In this document: piece after piece, positions 25,255-29,082 of the stretch
How positions within the stretch are numbered: position 1 is the first letter of the stretch
Layout of the letters: every line of letters begins with the position of its first letter
IMG/VR virus record: IMGVR_UViG_3300030207_002206
Coordinates: 1 to 29,082 of that record
Length of the DNA stretch: 29,082 nucleotides
Strand: one strand, 5' to 3'
Origin: a virus
Taxonomy: Duplodnaviria > Caudoviricetes
The notes under the pieces: model-generated
Database searches by the model: none
The model's input: only the letters and a program-made list of their open reading frames with translations
Told to the model about the DNA's origin: nothing
Made by a program: the position numbers and the translations under genes

Positions 25255-26207
25255 GATACGTCAAAACTCCTTACAGGTTCTGTTTCTCCAGTAAATTCTT
25301 CTGTTGCTGCAGTTGTTGGTCCATAACCTCCAAAACCTAAACCTGCTGAATTAGGGGCAGTAGCAGCACCCCCTAATATCCTTCTTGCTAGAGCCATACT
25401 TGAACTTGTTGTAAACGTTGTTCCATCATAAGTTTCTGTTGCACCAGTAAGTGCTGGAGCTGTCGTAAGACCACCAAAAATTAAACCTGCTGTTTGAACA
25501 CCTCCTCCAGCTAAACCATTTCTTGCTGTGTTTACATTATTTACTTCACTCCAACTTGTTCCATTATATTCTTCTACAAGAGCAACCTGACCAGTGCTAG
25601 TTGCACCTGCTGCAGCTAAAGCAGCAGTTTGTGTTCCAAATCCTGACATTGCTTGTCTGGCTGTATTTAAATTATTTCCTTCAGTCCAAGATGAACCATT
25701 ATATTCTTCGCTATCAGCTGTAATAGGAGGATCAGCATTTCCCCCAAATGCAAGACCTGCAGTTGAAGTACCGGCACCATTTAAACTAGATCTTCCTGTG
25801 TTTAAATCACCGCCAGATGTCCAATTAGTTCCATCGTATTCCTCTGTTGTAGCTGCGTTTGGATAACTGCCAAAAATTAATGCAGTTGTCTGGGAACCAG
25901 CACCTCCTGCATAAAATCTAGTTGAACTTAAATTATTAACTTCTGTCCAAGAGGTTCCATTATATTCTTCGTTGTTAGCTGTTGTTTGACCTCCAGCAGC
26001 TAACCCAGCAGTTTGAGTTCCAAATCCTGTTAAAGCATGTCTTGCTGAATTTAAATTTCCACCGCTAGACCAGGCAGCTGCAACAGTTAATTTACCTTTT
26101 ATTTTTAATTCTGTAGAATTATACCAAACTTGACCAACCTTTGCGTTATCAGGATCACTTGTTACTAATTTAATTCTGTAACCTTGGCCTTCTCTGTAAG
26201 TAGTCAT
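25251..26207 (-). CDS. Kelch-like beta-propeller virion protein (6 blades)
   Basis: 6 repeats of the same motif. SD AGGAG; ATGA overlap with the next gene. Confidence 0.85.
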   Translation of the reverse strand: MTTYREGQGYRIKLVTSDPDNAKVGQVWYNSTELKIKGKLTVAAAWSSGGNLNSARHALTGFGTQTAGLAAGGQTTANNEEYNGTSWTEVNNLSSTRFYAGGAGSQTTALIFGSYPNAATTEEYDGTNWTSGGDLNTGRSSLNGAGTSTAGLAFGGNADPPITADSEEYNGSSWTEGNNLNTARQAMSGFGTQTAALAAAGATSTGQVALVEEYNGTSWSEVNNVNTARNGLAGGGVQTAGLIFGGLTTAPALTGATETYDGTTFTTSSSMALARRILGGAATAPNSAGLGFGGYGPTTAATEEFTGETEPVRSFDVS

Positions 26208-26219
26208 TAAGATCTCCTA

Positions 26220-29082
26220 TTAATCATTCTTGAATAGCCAACCTTGAGTTCCATCAACATATACTAAAGTGAATGAAGCTCTTTCCGTTGATACAACTAG
26301 ATCCTCCGCTACTCCTTGAATTGGTTCTGAATTTCTTCCTACAGTTAATGAGTTAGAATCAAATGTTCCTGCATAATCCACTATTGTAACTTCGTCACCT
26401 AAACTTGGTGAAGATGGAAGTGTAACTGTAAACGCTGAAGATGTTGTGTTTGCAAAAACACCTTGACCAGCTGATGCTGTATAATTTCCTGTTTTAATTG
26501 ATTGCCATTGTGTTCCACCACCAATGTAAGTTTTAATTCTAGAAGCTGCAACTTTTCTGTTAGTGCCACCTGCACCGTCATCAACTATAAATAAATCTGC
26601 ATCTACAATGTCGGCACCAATATCTGTTGCTCCATCTATATCTAAATCTGCAACTGCAATACTTCCATCAGGAAACACTGGTGCTTGTGAAAACGTAACA
26701 ACACCATTTGATGCAATAGCTATTGCATCTTTATCAGATGCAGAACCAATATTACCAGCATCAGCAATAACTATGCCTGCATTAAATATAGCTTCACCTG
26801 CAGCCGACATGTCTAGAGTTAATGCAGTTATATCTGAAGAATCGTCTGTTCCTTTAAATATAATATCTGTGTCACTGCCTTGTGCATCAATTGTAATATT
26901 ACCAGCGGTTGTAGCAACGTTAACTGCTGCATCTCCTGTTGTTAAATCATCAAATGCTGTTGATATTCCTTGTTGAAAATATGTTTTAAATGTAGCGGCA
27001 GTTGTTAATCTCATTGTGCCACCGTCGTTAGTTATGATTCCATCAGCATCTGCAACTGCAGTTGTCCCTGCAGAAGTACCACCATCTATCAAATTAATTT
27101 CTGTGGCAGTTGCTGTTACACCATCTAATATATTTAACTCAGCAGCTGTAGATGTAACCGCAGTGCCATTAATAGCTAGTTTATCTGTTACAACATTAAA
27201 TGTGCCATTGTCTTCAATTCTAGCCACCTCTGTGCCATCTCTTTGTTGAAATATTAAATCTTTAGCATCAACAACTGGTCTAATGATTACATCACTTGAT
27301 GAGTTAGATATTCTTAAAATTTCAGTTCCACCATCTAAGAAATTAAAATCACCACCATCTGCATCAAATTTAATATCACCTGGTGCATCTAAAGTAACAT
27401 CAGTCGCTCCATTTAATACAAAATCAAGAACAGTTGTACCTGCTGCCTTCATGGTAATATTATCGCCATCAGCATCTAAAATAATATCTGCTTCTGCATC
27501 AAGTGTTATGCTACCAGAAGATAAAGAATCTATCTCTGCTATTTTAGGAGTAGTTAAAGTTTTGTTAGTTAATGTAGCAGTTGAAGCTGTTGATACTAAT
27601 CTGGCATCGCCACCAGTGCTGGGAAGAGTTAAAACATTATTAGCACTTTCTGAGTGTGGTGCAGCTACTATTTGCTGACCGTGAGAATTGTTTTCACAAT
27701 TAAGTTGAAGAGTACCTTGATTAGTATTACCTTTAATAGTTACATGTCCTGTGCCATTTGGTGCTAATTCTATATCTGCATTTGAAGTAGTTACAATATC
27801 TTGACCATTCATATCAAGGTCACCACCTAATTGTGGAGAAGTATCTTCAACTACATTTGATATCGCACCTGATGTAGCAAGTCCTGATACTATTGCTGAT
27901 CTAGCTATTTTTTTAAGTCCACCACCTGAAGTATCTACTGCTAAGAATACATCATCGTTAGCCACTGTAGATATTTCTGATAAGTCACCCACTGCTACTG
28001 AATTAAAGTTTGTACCATCAGCAACTAAAATATTACCTGATGTGTTTGTGCCCATGGTAATATCATCACCAGATACTGTAAGATCTCCGGTTACAGTTAA
28101 ATTTTGTGATACTGTTACGTTACCATTAGAAGCGATTGCTATGGCATCTGTGTCAGAGGTGTGACCTATATTAGTTCCATTTATAATTATATTATCAACT
28201 GTTAAAGTTGTGAGTGTGCCAACAGATGTAAGATTAGGCATCGCTGTGATTTCATCATCAAAGTATGCAGCTAAATCTGTAACTGCAACTTGCACCATGG
28301 TGCCATTGTCATTTAATACAACTCTGTCTGCATCTGCAACTGTTGTAGATGTAGCTGACGTACCACCGTCAACTATGTTTAGTTCTGCAGCTGTTGAATC
28401 AACTGCTGCGAGTTTAGTTAAATCTGCTTGTACTAACCCTGATACCCCATCTAATAAATTTAGTTCTGCTGCAGTCGATGTAACTGCTGTGCTCCCTAAA
28501 GTAAGTCCACCATCAGGTATAACAACACTACTACCAGACAATGCTGTAAATGTATTCGCTGTAAATCTAAAATCATCTGCGCCAGCAATTGCAATGTCGA
28601 TTTGATCATCTGTATCTGCTGTGATTGAAGTATCCGCGTCTTCGTCAAGAGTTAATGACCCACCATCTAAATCAGTTGCTCCACCAAAACTAGCATCAAC
28701 AATATTTGTTCCATCAGAAAAAACTAATTTAGTGCTTTTATCAGAAGAGCCAAAAGTTACACCAGTTCCTGATACAGTTTTAAATTGAACAGTGAATGCA
28801 CCTGATGTTCCATTTACTACAATGTAAACTTTTTCTATAGAATCTGGGACAGTTACAACTTGATTACCTGTGATTGTTCCTGTTAATTTTATAACTGCAT
28901 GTCTTGCAACAGATGTTGACTCAGTTGCATCGCCATCTGTAATTGATAAAGTTGTTGTTTGTGCACCACCAGCAATGGATTTTTCTACGTAACCAGCGAT
29001 TGCTTTCTCTACAATTTGTAAATTGGTATTAGTTTTTGTCCCCCATGTACCGGCATTTTCGCCGGTTGCCATTAGTTCAATA
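26220..29082 (-). CDS. Long tail fibre protein (probably partial; the frame continues past the right edge)
   Basis: The frame is open to the edge (IELMATGENAGTWGTKTNTNL). T/D/A/G/S-rich with repeated AVTSTAAELN(L/I)LDGV modules. The C-terminal FTVTLPSSPSLGDEVTIVDYAGTF...LVYVDGTQGW domain is typical of phage fibre/baseplate proteins. Confidence 0.8.
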   Translation of the reverse strand, partial: IELMATGENAGTWGTKTNTNLQIVEKAIAGYVEKSIAGGAQTTTLSITDGDATESTSVARHAVIKLTGTITGNQVVTVPDSIEKVYIVVNGTSGAFTVQFKTVSGTGVTFGSSDKSTKLVFSDGTNIVDASFGGATDLDGGSLTLDEDADTSITADTDDQIDIAIAGADDFRFTANTFTALSGSSVVIPDGGLTLGSTAVTSTAAELNLLDGVSGLVQADLTKLAAVDSTAAELNIVDGGTSATSTTVADADRVVLNDNGTMVQVAVTDLAAYFDDEITAMPNLTSVGTLTTLTVDNIIINGTNIGHTSDTDAIAIASNGNVTVSQNLTVTGDLTVSGDDITMGTNTSGNILVADGTNFNSVAVGDLSEISTVANDDVFLAVDTSGGGLKKIARSAIVSGLATSGAISNVVEDTSPQLGGDLDMNGQDIVTTSNADIELAPNGTGHVTIKGNTNQGTLQLNCENNSHGQQIVAAPHSESANNVLTLPSTGGDARLVSTASTATLTNKTLTTPKIAEIDSLSSGSITLDAEADIILDADGDNITMKAAGTTVLDFVLNGATDVTLDAPGDIKFDADGGDFNFLDGGTEILRISNSSSDVIIRPVVDAKDLIFQQRDGTEVARIEDNGTFNVVTDKLAINGTAVTSTAAELNILDGVTATATEINLIDGGTSAGTTAVADADGIITNDGGTMRLTTAATFKTYFQQGISTAFDDLTTGDAAVNVATTAGNITIDAQGSDTDIIFKGTDDSSDITALTLDMSAAGEAIFNAGIVIADAGNIGSASDKDAIAIASNGVVTFSQAPVFPDGSIAVADLDIDGATDIGADIVDADLFIVDDGAGGTNRKVAASRIKTYIGGGTQWQSIKTGNYTASAGQGVFANTTSSAFTVTLPSSPSLGDEVTIVDYAGTFDSNSLTVGRNSEPIQGVAEDLVVSTERASFTLVYVDGTQGWLFKND

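Noticed and set aside
21171-26207. Diversity-generating retroelement or CRISPR-like array
   Set aside because: The repeats are degenerate in-frame protein repeats. There is no reverse transcriptase, no adenine-specific TR/VR pair and no repeat-spacer periodicity.
6887-28605. Numerous plus-strand and short alternate-frame ORFs inside the virion and enzyme genes
   Set aside because: They overlap well-supported minus-strand genes, show no recognisable motifs, and have antisense-like S/P/V/A composition.
1-29082. Alternative genetic code or frameshifted/pseudogenised genes
   Set aside because: Standard code 11 gives dense, abutting, intact ORFs across the window.

Overview
Low-GC fragment of a tailed dsDNA phage genome, most consistent with a marine podovirus-like phage (pelagiphage/uvMED type; host and group are inference). 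The left part (1-6082) is a replication module: an SF1/UvrD-like helicase cut by the window edge and missing from the ORF track, an AEP primase with a Cys-rich C-terminal domain, a probable SSB and two hypothetical proteins on the minus strand. These diverge from an SNF2-like helicase on the plus strand through an overlapping bidirectional sigma70-type promoter, followed by a 150-nt GC-enriched structured leader flanked by TAGAAAG repeats. The rest (6079-29082) is one minus-strand virion cluster: a long tail fibre (partial), three Kelch-like beta-propeller proteins (6+12+12 blades), then an enzyme cassette (coiled-coil protein, sulfotransferase, four different 2OG-Fe(II) oxygenases), a tail nozzle/stabilisation protein, small virion proteins, five putative internal/ejection proteins and a holin-like peptide. 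The best candidates for an undescribed system are the propeller + hydroxylase/sulfotransferase cassette, the recurrent x-x-x-Gly-Gly motifs in the ejection proteins, and the structured RNA leader. No tRNA, CRISPR array, integrase or reverse transcriptase is visible.
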